NCBI GenBank assembly: GCA_905193155.1
Contig: CAJJNQ010000004.1
Location: forward strand, 3,628-67,627
DNA length: 64,000 nucleotides
Reading direction: 5' to 3'
Origin: an uncultured Christensenella sp.
GTDB taxonomy: Bacteria > Bacillota > Clostridia > Christensenellales > UBA1750
Shown: positions 17,570 to 26,474 of the stretch, one piece after another
How positions within the stretch are numbered: position 1 is the stretch's first letter
Layout of the letters: every line of letters begins with the position of its first letter
Position numbers and translations under genes: made by a program
The notes under the pieces: generated by a model
Seen by the model: the letters and a program-made list of their open reading frames with translations, nothing else
The model's database searches: none
Told to the model about the DNA's origin: nothing

Positions 17570-17611
17570 AACAGCGCATTTTCCGTCTTTTATGGAAATT
17601 GCGCTGTTTTT
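17570..17611 (+). terminator. rho-independent terminator after the peptidase gene
   Basis: aacagcgcattttcc / ggaaattgcgctgtt stem with one mismatch, followed by ttttt. Confidence 0.6.
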
Positions 17612-17703
17612 CGTGCAGCGGGCGGAGCTGGGGTTGCTTTGCGGCGGCCTTTCCGGAATTTTCGCCGAGATAAAAAGATGTTCTTGATCCTGGCAAAAGG
17701 GGA

Positions 17704-17732
17704 TTGACTTTTGTTTGGGGACTTGTTATACT
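17704..17732 (+). promoter_or_regulatory. sigma-A type promoter for the tRNA-Ser pair
   Basis: TTGACT (17704-17709), 17-nt spacer, TATACT (17727-17732). Confidence 0.65.
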
Positions 17733-17779
17733 TACTAAGTCGCAGGTTGCGGCGAGGGACAGACCAATTTCCTACACGC

Positions 17780-17869
<90 letters not shown>

Positions 17870-17893
17870 TTTTTTTCTGATGGTAGGGCTCAT

Positions 17894-17984
17894 GGAGAAG
17901 TACCCAAGAGGCCGAAGGGGCTCCCCTGCTAAGGGAGTAGGTCGGGTTACCGGCGCCCGGGTTCAAATCCCGGCTTCTCCGCCA
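17894..17984 (+). tRNA. tRNA-Ser (anticodon GCU), CCA encoded
   Basis: Acceptor stem GGAGAAG/CTTCTCC, anticodon stem-loop CTCCC-CTGCTAA-GGGAG, long variable arm, TTCAAAT T-loop, 3' CCA. Confidence 0.9.
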
Positions 17985-17986
17985 TA

Positions 17987-18025
17987 AGTCCATCGCAATG
18001 TTTCAGCGTTGCGATGGACTTTTCT
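17987..18025 (+). terminator. rho-independent terminator after the tRNA genes
   Basis: 12-bp stem agtccatcgcaa/ttgcgatggact followed by tttc. Confidence 0.7.
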
Positions 18026-18047
18026 ATTGCTCAAAAGGAGTGGAAAA

Positions 18048-18419
18048 ATGCCGACAAACCAAAGGCTCGAATTTGCCCGGCGCGTGCTGAACAAAGCGCA
18101 GTTTGACAAGCTGTACCGCGCTTACCGCAGGCTCTTCCGGTTTCAGATTGCGCCGGTGATTCTGCTGGCTGCGGTGGTGCTGCTCGAGCTGATTTTGATT
18201 CCGTCCGAGGCCGTGCCCAACGGATATGCTTCCGCCAAGGAGACGGTCATTCTGTTTGAGACGGCGTTTTTCATCGTGCCGTTCTATCCGGTCTGGCTGA
18301 TTGTGTCGCAGTTTGCGGTGGGGCGGCTGTGGCATAAATATTGCCGCTGGTATGATAAAAGCGAGGACCGCAACGGGGTTTACGCCCTGTTTGACGAGAA
18401 AAATAAGCATGAAAAATAG
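18048..18419 (+). CDS. hypothetical membrane protein
   Basis: ATG 18048 follows aaaggag. Two hydrophobic segments (IAPVILLAAVVLLELILI, FFIVPFYPVWLIVSQFAV). No recognisable family. Confidence 0.5.
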   Translation: MPTNQRLEFARRVLNKAQFDKLYRAYRRLFRFQIAPVILLAAVVLLELILIPSEAVPNGYASAKETVILFETAFFIVPFYPVWLIVSQFAVGRLWHKYCRWYDKSEDRNGVYALFDEKNKHEK

Positions 18420-18483
18420 AAAGAAAAGGGATCGGCAAGCGCCGGTCCCTTTTTGCGTAAGAAACGGAAATGTTATCTTTTGC

Positions 18484-18542
18484 AATTCCTATTGACTTAG
18501 TAGGAATTGACGAGTATAATCTCTACCGAAAAGGTAGGAATT
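18484..18542 (+). promoter_or_regulatory. suf operon promoter with overlapping inverted repeat AATTCCTA-N9-TAGGAATT and a third TAGGAATT copy
   Basis: TTGACT (18492-18497), 17-nt spacer, TATAAT (18515-18520). Inverted-repeat arms at 18484-18491 and 18501-18508. A third TAGGAATT at 18535-18542. Confidence 0.6.
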
Positions 18543-18579
18543 CTTCCGCAAGGATGCGAGGAAAAGAGGAAGGCACAAC

Positions 18580-19326
18580 ATGAAAAAAGAGCTTTTGCAG
18601 GTCAAGGATCTTCACGTTCGCGTGGAGGAGAAGGAAATTCTCCACGGCGTGAATTTGAGTATTGGTAAAGATGAAACCCATGTGCTGATGGGGCCGAACG
18701 GCACCGGCAAGTCTACGCTGGGCTATGCCGTGACCGGCAACCCCGCCTATGAGGTGACGGAGGGCAGCATCGTCTTCGACGGCGAGGACATCACGAACCT
18801 GCCCGTCAACGAGCGCGCCAGGAAGGGGATTTTCCTTTCCTTTCAGAACCCGCTGGAGGTGCCGGGCGTGACGCTGAGCGCCTTCATCCGCTCCGCACTG
18901 GAGCAGAAAACCGGCAGCCGCCTGCGCCTTTGGGACTTCAAAAAGAAGCTGGCGGAAACCATGAGGCTGTTGAACATGGATGAATCCTATGCCGAGCGTG
19001 ACCTCAACGTCGGTTTCTCCGGCGGCGAAAAGAAAAAGGCCGAAATTCTCCAGATGCTGATGCTGGAACCGAAGCTGGCCATACTGGACGAGACCGATTC
19101 CGGCCTGGATGTGGACGCGGTGCGCACGGTTTCTCAGGGCGTGCAGCTCTACCGCGAGCGCGTGCATGGCTCACTTCTCATCATCACCCACAGCACGCGC
19201 ATTCTGGAGGCGCTGCATGTGGACAAGACCCACGTCATGGAAAACGGCGTGATCGTCCGCGAGGGCGGCGCGGAGCTGGTCGACGAGATCAACGCGCACG
19301 GCTTCGGCGGCATCAAGGCACAGTGA
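18580..19326 (+). CDS. sufC: Fe-S cluster assembly ATPase SufC
   Basis: GPNGTGKST, FSGGEKKK, ILDETDSGLD. 248 aa; first gene of the suf cluster. Confidence 0.95.
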   Translation: MKKELLQVKDLHVRVEEKEILHGVNLSIGKDETHVLMGPNGTGKSTLGYAVTGNPAYEVTEGSIVFDGEDITNLPVNERARKGIFLSFQNPLEVPGVTLSAFIRSALEQKTGSRLRLWDFKKKLAETMRLLNMDESYAERDLNVGFSGGEKKKAEILQMLMLEPKLAILDETDSGLDVDAVRTVSQGVQLYRERVHGSLLIITHSTRILEALHVDKTHVMENGVIVREGGAELVDEINAHGFGGIKAQ

Positions 19327-19344
19327 GAAGGCGGGTGAAGCAGC

Positions 19345-20751
19345 ATGAATGAAAAGACGAGAGTGGAGGACATCGACCGCAGCGTCTACGACATCCGCGA
19401 CGAGGAGCACGACGCCTACCGCATGGAGGCGGGCCTGACGCCGGAGATCATCGACAAGCTCTCCAAGGAGAAGAACGATCCCGTCTGGATGCAGCAGTTC
19501 CGCCTGCAATCCCTGCAAATCTATAACGAGATGAAAACGCCGGATTGGGGTCCCTCGCTGGAAGGGCTGGATATGGAGCACATCGCGACCTACGTCCGTC
19601 CCAACTCCAAGATGCAGAACGACTGGAAAAACGTGCCGCAGGACATCAAGGATACCTTTGAGCGCCTGGGCATCCCGCAGGCCGAGCGCAAATCGTTGGC
19701 GGGCGTGGGCGCGCAGTACGATTCCGAGCTGGTCTATCACAACGTCCGCCGGGAGGTGGCGGAGCAGGGCGTGGTCTATACCGACATGGAGAGCGCCATG
19801 AAGGGTGAATATGCCGACATGGTCCGTAAGTATTTCATGAAGCTGGTCACGCCCCGCGATCACAAGTTTGCGGCGCTGCACGGCGCGGTGTGGTCGGGCG
19901 GCTCGTTCGTCTATGTGCCCAAGGGCGTGCAGGTGTCCATCCCGCTGCAGTCCTATTTCCGCCTCAACGCCAAGGGCGCGGGGCAGTTTGAGCACACGCT
20001 CATCATTGTGGACGAGGGCGCGAGCCTGCACTTTATCGAGGGCTGTTCCGCACCAAAATACAACGTCGCCAACCTGCACGCGGGGTGCGTCGAGCTGTAT
20101 GTCAAAAAGGGCGCCAAGCTCCGCTATTCCACCATTGAAAACTGGTCGAAAAATATGTATAATCTCAACACCAAGCGCGCCCTGGTGGAGGAGGACGGCG
20201 TGATCGAGTGGGTGTCCGGTTCCTTCGGCTCCCATGTCGGCTGCCTGTACCCGATGAGCGTGCTCAAGGGCGACCGTTCCCGCATGGAGTTCACCGGCGT
20301 GACCTTTGCCGGCGCGGGGCAGAACCTTGATACCGGCGCAAAGGTCGTCCACATCGGCAAGGATACCAGCTCCTTTATGAACACCCGCTCCATCAGCAAA
20401 AGCGGCGGCATCAGCACCTTCCGCAGCTCCATCGTCGTGGAAAAGGGCGCCGGGGGCGCAAAGTCCTCGGTCTCCTGCCAGTCGCTGATGCTCGATTCCG
20501 AATCCCGTTCCGACACCATCCCCGCCATGGACATCCGCACGCGCGACGCTTCGATCGGCCATGAGGCCAAGATCGGCAGCATCAGCAACGACGCGATCTT
20601 CTACCTGATGAGCCGCGGCATGAACGAGGAGGACGCCCGTGCGCTGATCGTCAGCGGCTTTGCGGACAACGTCTCCAAGGAGCTGCCCGTCGAATACGCG
20701 GTGGAGATGAACAACCTGATCCGGCTGGAGATGAAGGGCAGCATCGGCTGA
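19345..20751 (+). CDS. sufB: Fe-S cluster assembly scaffold SufB
   Basis: 468 aa. FIEGCSAP, ENWSKNMYNLNTKRA, HEAKIGSIS. Typical SufB. Confidence 0.95.
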   Translation: MNEKTRVEDIDRSVYDIRDEEHDAYRMEAGLTPEIIDKLSKEKNDPVWMQQFRLQSLQIYNEMKTPDWGPSLEGLDMEHIATYVRPNSKMQNDWKNVPQDIKDTFERLGIPQAERKSLAGVGAQYDSELVYHNVRREVAEQGVVYTDMESAMKGEYADMVRKYFMKLVTPRDHKFAALHGAVWSGGSFVYVPKGVQVSIPLQSYFRLNAKGAGQFEHTLIIVDEGASLHFIEGCSAPKYNVANLHAGCVELYVKKGAKLRYSTIENWSKNMYNLNTKRALVEEDGVIEWVSGSFGSHVGCLYPMSVLKGDRSRMEFTGVTFAGAGQNLDTGAKVVHIGKDTSSFMNTRSISKSGGISTFRSSIVVEKGAGGAKSSVSCQSLMLDSESRSDTIPAMDIRTRDASIGHEAKIGSISNDAIFYLMSRGMNEEDARALIVSGFADNVSKELPVEYAVEMNNLIRLEMKGSIG

Positions 20752-20776
20752 CCCGAACGGGAAAGGAGAAAAACAC

Positions 20777-21709
20777 ATGGCAGAGAAAAAACAGATGATC
20801 CTGAACCGTTTGCCCGCGCCCACCTGGAACTGGCTCCGGGTCAACCGCACGGTGCTGGATTGGGAGAATGAAAACGAACTCGACCTGGGCGCGGTGGTCC
20901 GCAGCGTGCAGGGCAAGGAAAACGAGCCGCTGCGGCTTGAAATCCGCGGCGAGGGCGAATACAGCCGCAAGGACGTGGACGTGACGGCCGAGCCCGACAG
21001 CGCGGTCACGATCATCGAAACCTTCGGCGCGGAGCAGAACCTGCTCGTGCGCACGCACCTGACCGCGCGCCGCAACGCGACGATCCGTCTGGTGCAGATC
21101 CAGAACACGCAGGAAGGCTCTCGTCTCGTCAGCACCGTGGAGGGGGAATGCGAGGAAGGCGGCCGCATCGAGCTGTATCAGGTACTGGCGGGCAAGGGCG
21201 ACGTCTACGGCGACAGCAAGATCGAATTGAACGGCGACGGCGCAAGCTTTGAGGCCGAAACCGGTTATCTCGCCCGCAAGCAGCAGAAGGTGGATATCAA
21301 CCTCGTGGTCAACCACCGCGGCAAGCGCACCGAATGCGAGATCAACGCCGCAGGCGCGCTGATGGACGCGGCAAGCAAAATCTTTCGCGGCACGATCGAC
21401 TTTAAGCGCGGCGCGAGCGATTCCGTCGGTAACGAAAAGGAAACCGTGCTGATGCTGGGCGACGACGTGACCAACCGCACCGTGCCGCTCATCCTTTGCG
21501 CGGAGGAAAACGTGGTCGGCAACCACGGCGCGAGCATCGGCCAGTTGGACGACGAAACGCTGTTTTACTTTGAAAGCCGCGGCATCGGTCGGGATGTGGC
21601 GGAAAAGCTGCTGGCCAGGGCCTCGATCGAGCGCGTGGCGCGCCTGATCGGCGATGAAGAGGCGGAAGGGGCCGTCATGAATCTATTGGACGAGGAGCTG
21701 GGAAGATGA
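20777..21709 (+). CDS. sufD: Fe-S cluster assembly protein SufD (short form)
   Basis: SufB/D beta-helix C-terminus (HGASIGQLDDETLFYFESRGI) and its position after sufB. Confidence 0.85.
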   Translation: MAEKKQMILNRLPAPTWNWLRVNRTVLDWENENELDLGAVVRSVQGKENEPLRLEIRGEGEYSRKDVDVTAEPDSAVTIIETFGAEQNLLVRTHLTARRNATIRLVQIQNTQEGSRLVSTVEGECEEGGRIELYQVLAGKGDVYGDSKIELNGDGASFEAETGYLARKQQKVDINLVVNHRGKRTECEINAAGALMDAASKIFRGTIDFKRGASDSVGNEKETVLMLGDDVTNRTVPLILCAEENVVGNHGASIGQLDDETLFYFESRGIGRDVAEKLLARASIERVARLIGDEEAEGAVMNLLDEELGR

Positions 21710-22920
21710 CGAACATTTTGAGAAAGGATTTTCCGCTGCTGGGCAACGTCAGCATCGCCTATCTCGATAACGCGGCCACGGCGCAGCGTCCGCAGTGCGT
21801 CATCGACGCGGAAGCAGAGTTTTACCGCAAGCACAATGCCAATCCCCTGCGCGGCCTGTACCCGCTGAGCGTGGAGGCCACGGGGGTCTATGAGGACGCG
21901 CGCGAGGCGGTGCGGGCGTTCATCGGCGCCAAGAGCACCGATGAGATCATCTTCACCCGCAACACCACCGAGAGCCTGAACCTTGTGGCGTACAGCTACG
22001 GCCTGAGCCGCGTCAAGGCGGGGGACGAGGTGCTGGTGTCCATCATGGAGCACCACAGCGATCTGCTGCCGTGGCAGATGGTCTGTAAGCAGACCGGCGC
22101 GCAGCTCAAGTTCATGGAGTGCGAGCCGGACGGGCGGCTGGACCTGAAAAAGGTGGAGCAGCTCCTCACCGACAAGACGAAGATCGTCGCCATTGCGCAG
22201 GTTTCCAACGTCCTGGGCCGCAAATACCCCGTGCGGGAAATCGCGGAGATGGCGCATAAAAAGGGCGCGGTGATCGTCGTGGACGGCGCGCAGAGCACCC
22301 CGCATATGGCGGTGGATGTGCAGGCGCTGGACGCGGATTTCTTCGCCTTCTCCGGCCACAAGGTCTACGGCCCCATGGGCATCGGCGTGCTCTACGGCAA
22401 AAAGGCGCTGCTGGAGACCATGCCGCCTTTCCTCACCGGCGGCGAGATGATCGAATCCGTTACGCGCGAGGGCGCGACCTACGCGGAGCTGCCGCATAAG
22501 TTCGAGGCAGGCACTGTCAACGCGGCGGGCGCGGCGGGGCTGCACGCGGCGCTGGAATGCGTGCAGCGCATCGGCTTTGACAAGATCCACGAGCGGGAGC
22601 TGGCTTTGACCACCCGCGCGATGGAGGCCATGCGCCGGATGGAGCACATCCATATTCTGGGTTCTGACGATCCTGCGGAGCACACGGGCATCGTCACCTT
22701 CACCGTGGACGGCGTGCACCCGCACGACATCAGCGAGATCCTCGCCTCCGACGGCGTGGCCATCCGCGCGGGGCATCACTGCGCGCAGCCGCTGCTCAAG
22801 CACCTGGGCTTTTCGTCTGCGGCGCGGGCGAGCTTCGCCTTCTACAACACCGAGGAGGAGGCCGACCGCCTCATCGACAGCCTGAAAACACTGAGGGAGC
22901 GTATGGGATATGGAAAATAG
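21706..22920 (+). CDS. sufS: cysteine desulfurase SufS (class V aminotransferase, group II)
   Basis: LDNAATAQRP, FSGHKVYGPMGIGVLYG (PLP Lys), RAGHHCAQPL (catalytic Cys loop). Confidence 0.9.
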   Translation: MTNILRKDFPLLGNVSIAYLDNAATAQRPQCVIDAEAEFYRKHNANPLRGLYPLSVEATGVYEDAREAVRAFIGAKSTDEIIFTRNTTESLNLVAYSYGLSRVKAGDEVLVSIMEHHSDLLPWQMVCKQTGAQLKFMECEPDGRLDLKKVEQLLTDKTKIVAIAQVSNVLGRKYPVREIAEMAHKKGAVIVVDGAQSTPHMAVDVQALDADFFAFSGHKVYGPMGIGVLYGKKALLETMPPFLTGGEMIESVTREGATYAELPHKFEAGTVNAAGAAGLHAALECVQRIGFDKIHERELALTTRAMEAMRRMEHIHILGSDDPAEHTGIVTFTVDGVHPHDISEILASDGVAIRAGHHCAQPLLKHLGFSSAARASFAFYNTEEEADRLIDSLKTLRERMGYGK

Positions 22921-23350
22921 GAGCTTTTATAACGAGATTCTGACCGAGCACAATATCCATCCCGAATTCAAGCACGACCTTGCGGATGCGGACATCGTGC
23001 TCGAGGGCGTGAACCCGAGCTGCGGCGACGACATCTTCCTCAAGCTCAAGCTCGACGGCGATGTGATTGCGGACGGCGCATTTGTGGGTGACGGCTGCGC
23101 CGTTTCGCAGGCCTCGGCGGACATCATGCTCGGCATGATTCTCGGCAAAAAGAAGGAGGAAGCCCTGAAGATGGGCGAAACCTTCTTAAAGATGATCAAG
23201 GGCGAGGCCACGGAGGAGGAGATCGACAGCCTGGAGGAGGCCTCCGCGCTGCGCGATATCGCTCACATGCCCGCGCGCGTCAAGTGCGCCGTGCTCGGCT
23301 GGCGCACCCTCAAGGAAGCCCTCTGCCCCGAAGAAAAGGCGCAAAGCTGA
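22910..23350 (+). CDS. sufU: SufU / NifU-like Fe-S assembly sulfur-transfer protein
   Basis: NPSCGDD, GCAVSQAS, RVKCAVL three-Cys pattern. 146 aa. Confidence 0.9.
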   Translation: MENRSFYNEILTEHNIHPEFKHDLADADIVLEGVNPSCGDDIFLKLKLDGDVIADGAFVGDGCAVSQASADIMLGMILGKKKEEALKMGETFLKMIKGEATEEEIDSLEEASALRDIAHMPARVKCAVLGWRTLKEALCPEEKAQS

Positions 23351-23400
23351 ACCGGGCAGGGCGCTGGCGGAACGCCTTCATGACACCGCCTAAAGTAAAA

Positions 23401-23442
23401 CATCCCCCGCAGATTTTCGTCTGCGGGGGATGCGTCATTTTT
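23401..23442. terminator. bidirectional terminator between the suf operon and the minus-strand lipoprotein operon
   Basis: 12-bp perfect stem catcccccgcag/ctgcgggggatg, with an A-rich tract upstream and a T-run downstream. Confidence 0.75.
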
Positions 23443-23464
23443 GGGGGAAAAGAAAAAACATGGT

Positions 23465-23644
23465 TTACCGCACGGCGCTGACCAGCAGCAGGGTCAGCAG
23501 GATGTAGAGCAGGAAGAGCGCGGCAAGCACGGCGCAAAGTATGACCAGCGTCAGCCGCAGCGCGCGGCGGTGAACCAGGCGCAGCGAGAGAAACAGCCCG
23601 ATGGCCGATGCGCCGAACAGCGTGCAGGCAACCCCGAACGTCAT
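23465..23644 (-). CDS. 59-aa hydrophobic two-TM mini-protein (below the ORF-track cutoff)
   Basis: My manual translation: MTFGVACTLFGASAIGLFLSLRLVHRRALRLTLVILCAVLAALFLLYILLTLLLVSAVR. Strong RBS gaggagaaag 7 nt upstream. 27 nt after the lipoprotein gene stop and just before the terminator. Confidence 0.45.
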   Translation of the reverse strand: MTFGVACTLFGASAIGLFLSLRLVHRRALRLTLVILCAVLAALFLLYILLTLLLVSAVR

Positions 23645-23671
23645 GGTGATCTTTCTCCTCTTTTCTGTTGA

Positions 23672-24964
23672 TCAGCTCAGGCGGAAATACAGGCTGGTGT
23701 AGGGATCGATGCTGTCCATCTGCGAAACGGCGCAGTAGGGCGAGGTTTCAAACAGTTGGTTGCGGACGTGGAGCTCGTCGGTATCGAGCGGCGCTGCCGC
23801 CGCGCCCACCACCAGGCCGTCGTAGTCCTCCGGCACATAGGCGATGTAGCTTCGATAGAGCACGCGCCCCCAATCGCCTTCGTCGCCCCATTCGTTGGAA
23901 AAGAAGAACTCGATGGTTTCCTCGCTGCCGTTCCAATCGATGGTGTGCAGAAAGTGATTTTCATCCCGGCCGCTGTCGCCGGTTGCGGAAACCGAGGTCA
24001 GCCACATGCCGGAATCATAGTCATACAACTCGCAGAACAGCGTGTTGTAATAGCCCTTGCCGCCGTCGTCGGGCAGGGATTCCTGCGGAATGTAGCAGAT
24101 GGCGGTGAATTCCAGCTCGCGGATGCCGTCGTGCACGAAATCGTTGTGCAGCGCGACCTCCCAGTAAACGTCGCCGGTCTCATACCACGATTCGTCTTCC
24201 GGGAAACAGGCAAGGCCGTCGCGCAGCAGGTAGCTGCCGCCGTCCACCGGGCAGAAATCCGTCAGCCCCGCCGCTTCAAAGGCGGGTTCGCCGTCGGTCG
24301 TCTTCACGCCGGGGAGGGCAATTTCGTCCACCGCAAAGAGCGATTCGCCGGAGGAATCCTCGCTGATTTCCGTCGCGCTGATTCGCGTAAAGGTCCAGTA
24401 AGCCTCCTCGGAAGGGAGATACAGGCTCAGACCGTTCGCGTTGGCTTCCTCCACCGTGCCGGTTTCGGCTATTTCGCCGTTGCCGTCCACGGTCATCCAG
24501 TTGCCGTCGCCGTCGATGGCCAGCCAGGCATAGGCCGTGTCGTATTCCCAGACGCCGACGTAATCCGCCAGCGTGACGTCCTCTTCGTCTAAAGGAGATT
24601 CCGCCGCCGAAGGCGCCTGCGTGGGGCGGAGCGTGTCGCCGTCGTCGTCCGTGAGCAGCGTACCCGTCTCGTCCAGCAGGAAATAGTGCGCGGTTTCGCC
24701 CTGCTCGTCCAGTGCGCGGATGCCGCTGCCGTCGAATTCAAACAGCCCTGTGTAGGAAAGGCTGCCGTCGCCCGCGTAGATCGACCAGGCGTTTCCGTCC
24801 GCAAAGGCGATGACGGAGGTATAGTCGTCGTATTGCCACCAGCCGTAGTATTCGTCCAGTTCATGTCCGCCCGGCTGGGCTTCTTCCTCCTGCTTGCCGC
24901 CGCAGGCCGAAAGGCTTGCGCACAGCGTCAGCGCCAGCAGCAGGGCGAGGATGCGCTTGCACAT
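23672..24964 (-). CDS. acidic lipoprotein of unknown function (paralogue A)
   Basis: Lipobox LSAC after a signal peptide. C-terminal about 200 aa are paralogous to the upstream gene (FEAAGL, EFTAICYIP, YDGL, PY..L.F). The N-terminus has two internal repeats (YYGWWQYDD.. / YVGVWEYDT..). Confidence 0.75.
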   Translation of the reverse strand: MCKRILALLLALTLCASLSACGGKQEEEAQPGGHELDEYYGWWQYDDYTSVIAFADGNAWSIYAGDGSLSYTGLFEFDGSGIRALDEQGETAHYFLLDETGTLLTDDDGDTLRPTQAPSAAESPLDEEDVTLADYVGVWEYDTAYAWLAIDGDGNWMTVDGNGEIAETGTVEEANANGLSLYLPSEEAYWTFTRISATEISEDSSGESLFAVDEIALPGVKTTDGEPAFEAAGLTDFCPVDGGSYLLRDGLACFPEDESWYETGDVYWEVALHNDFVHDGIRELEFTAICYIPQESLPDDGGKGYYNTLFCELYDYDSGMWLTSVSATGDSGRDENHFLHTIDWNGSEETIEFFFSNEWGDEGDWGRVLYRSYIAYVPEDYDGLVVGAAAAPLDTDELHVRNQLFETSPYCAVSQMDSIDPYTSLYFRLS

Positions 24965-24982
24965 GGTTTTTCCTCCGCAAAA

Positions 24983-26128
24983 TCAGTCGATGTTGAAGAA
25001 CAGCGCGTTGTAGGGCTCAAAATCCGGCGCTTCCAATATGTTCTGGAGCGCGTAGTGATCCACGGCGTAGCCGCGCTCGTCACGAGCCTCGCCGTCCACC
25101 GCTGTGGGCACGCCGGCAAAAATCAGTCCGTCGTAGCCGTTGGGGATCACCACCTGATAGTTCACCATCAGAATGGCGGAATAATCGCCCACCTGCTGCA
25201 TCCAGTCCGTGGAATAGCTGTACAGAACGTCGTAGGGCGTGCCGTTGTATTCGATTGAATAATAGTAGGTGTTGTCGCCGTGCGTCGTGTCGCCGTAAAC
25301 CTGCGCATCCGCCAGCCAAAGACCCGTGTAGTAATCGAACATCTCCATCGAGCAGCTGGGGTAGTATTCGCCGGAATAGTTCGGGATGTCCGCATCGGGA
25401 ATATAGCAGATGGCGGTGAATTCGATCTGCCGGGTGCCGTCGCCCAGGTCGGTTTCGGAATCCTTGCGCACTTCCCACTGCGCGTCGGAGCGGTAATAGC
25501 GGGTGTAGCCGTCGGTAAAGCTCGCCGCGCCGTTTTGCAGGTAATAGGTTCCGTCGTCCATCAGGGCGTTGACGGAAAGCCCTGCCGCCTCAAAGAAGGG
25601 CTGATCGAGCTGCACGGCATACATCGCGTCGGATTCGACCGCGGGTTCGGGCGTGACCTCCGCCTCGTCGTCCTCGCTCTGGCCGGGCAGCTTGGAATAG
25701 TCGTAGTCAAAGACATAGTCCTCGCCGTCCCAGAAGTAGGTCAGCAGGATCGCGCCGTCGGTCTCAGAGTCGAACAGCAGGCGAATATCGTCATAACCAT
25801 CCTCGTCCAGATCGACAAATTCGATGGAGGAATAGCAGTCCGCCGCCTCGTCGATCGCCACGGGATAGCGCAGTTCGGCGAAGGTCACCATGTCGGGTTG
25901 ATCGAGATAGAGTACCGCTTGATCCGCTTCGACGGTGAGGGCGAGATCCATGCTCGCGCCGTCCTGCGTGATGGTGCCGTAATCGGCAATCAGACCCCAG
26001 GTGCGCCAGTCCGCACCGGCCAGGTCTTCCTCTTCTTCGTCCTGGGCAGGGGCTTTCGTGCAGGCGCAAAGGCTCAGGCAAAGGCAGAGCGCGAGCAGCA
26101 GGCTCAGAAGTTTTTTTACGGTGTTCAT
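24983..26128 (-). CDS. acidic lipoprotein of unknown function (paralogue B)
   Basis: Lipobox LCAC. Shares the C-terminal domain with 23672..24964. RBS aaaggaga. Starts 6 nt after the upstream gene stop. Confidence 0.75.
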   Translation of the reverse strand: MNTVKKLLSLLLALCLCLSLCACTKAPAQDEEEEDLAGADWRTWGLIADYGTITQDGASMDLALTVEADQAVLYLDQPDMVTFAELRYPVAIDEAADCYSSIEFVDLDEDGYDDIRLLFDSETDGAILLTYFWDGEDYVFDYDYSKLPGQSEDDEAEVTPEPAVESDAMYAVQLDQPFFEAAGLSVNALMDDGTYYLQNGAASFTDGYTRYYRSDAQWEVRKDSETDLGDGTRQIEFTAICYIPDADIPNYSGEYYPSCSMEMFDYYTGLWLADAQVYGDTTHGDNTYYYSIEYNGTPYDVLYSYSTDWMQQVGDYSAILMVNYQVVIPNGYDGLIFAGVPTAVDGEARDERGYAVDHYALQNILEAPDFEPYNALFFNID

Positions 26129-26134
26129 GGAAGT

Positions 26135-26386
26135 TTAGTCTCCTTTCGCATTCGGGCGTTCAAGCAGTTCCAGTATTTCGTCGTGAGCCAGCTCGACCTG
26201 GCGGAAGCGCACAAAAATGCCGTTGGTCGTGGCGGAAGCCCAGATCTCCGGCCGTTTCAGCGGGCGGAAGCGGATGCTTTCCAGCAGCGGCGTCATGTCC
26301 AGCATCACGCGGCTGCCCGAAACGTAATCAATCTGCAAAACATGGCCGTCCAGCGGTGTTACCGAGGAGATGTATCGTCTTTGCAT
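26135..26386 (-). CDS. small DUF2442-like protein
   Basis: 83 aa. The pattern I..V.P.....L.I.....S......M.PL......F.PL...E.W resembles DUF2442 as I remember it. Tightly coupled to the lipoprotein genes. Confidence 0.5.
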   Translation of the reverse strand: MQRRYISSVTPLDGHVLQIDYVSGSRVMLDMTPLLESIRFRPLKRPEIWASATTNGIFVRFRQVELAHDEILELLERPNAKGD

Positions 26387-26411
26387 GCCGCAGTCCCTCG
26401 CTTTTTATGAA

Positions 26412-26450
26412 TAAAAAACTCTCATCGCACCTTCATTGTACGATGAGAGT
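26412..26450 (-). terminator. rho-independent terminator or attenuator after the LuxR/MalT-like gene
   Basis: Stem actctcatcg/cgatgagagt (26418-26427 / 26441-26450) with a T6 run on the minus strand. Only about 25 nt upstream of the next start codon. Confidence 0.6.
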
Positions 26451-26474
26451 TTGCTTTTGACCATTGACCAATGG

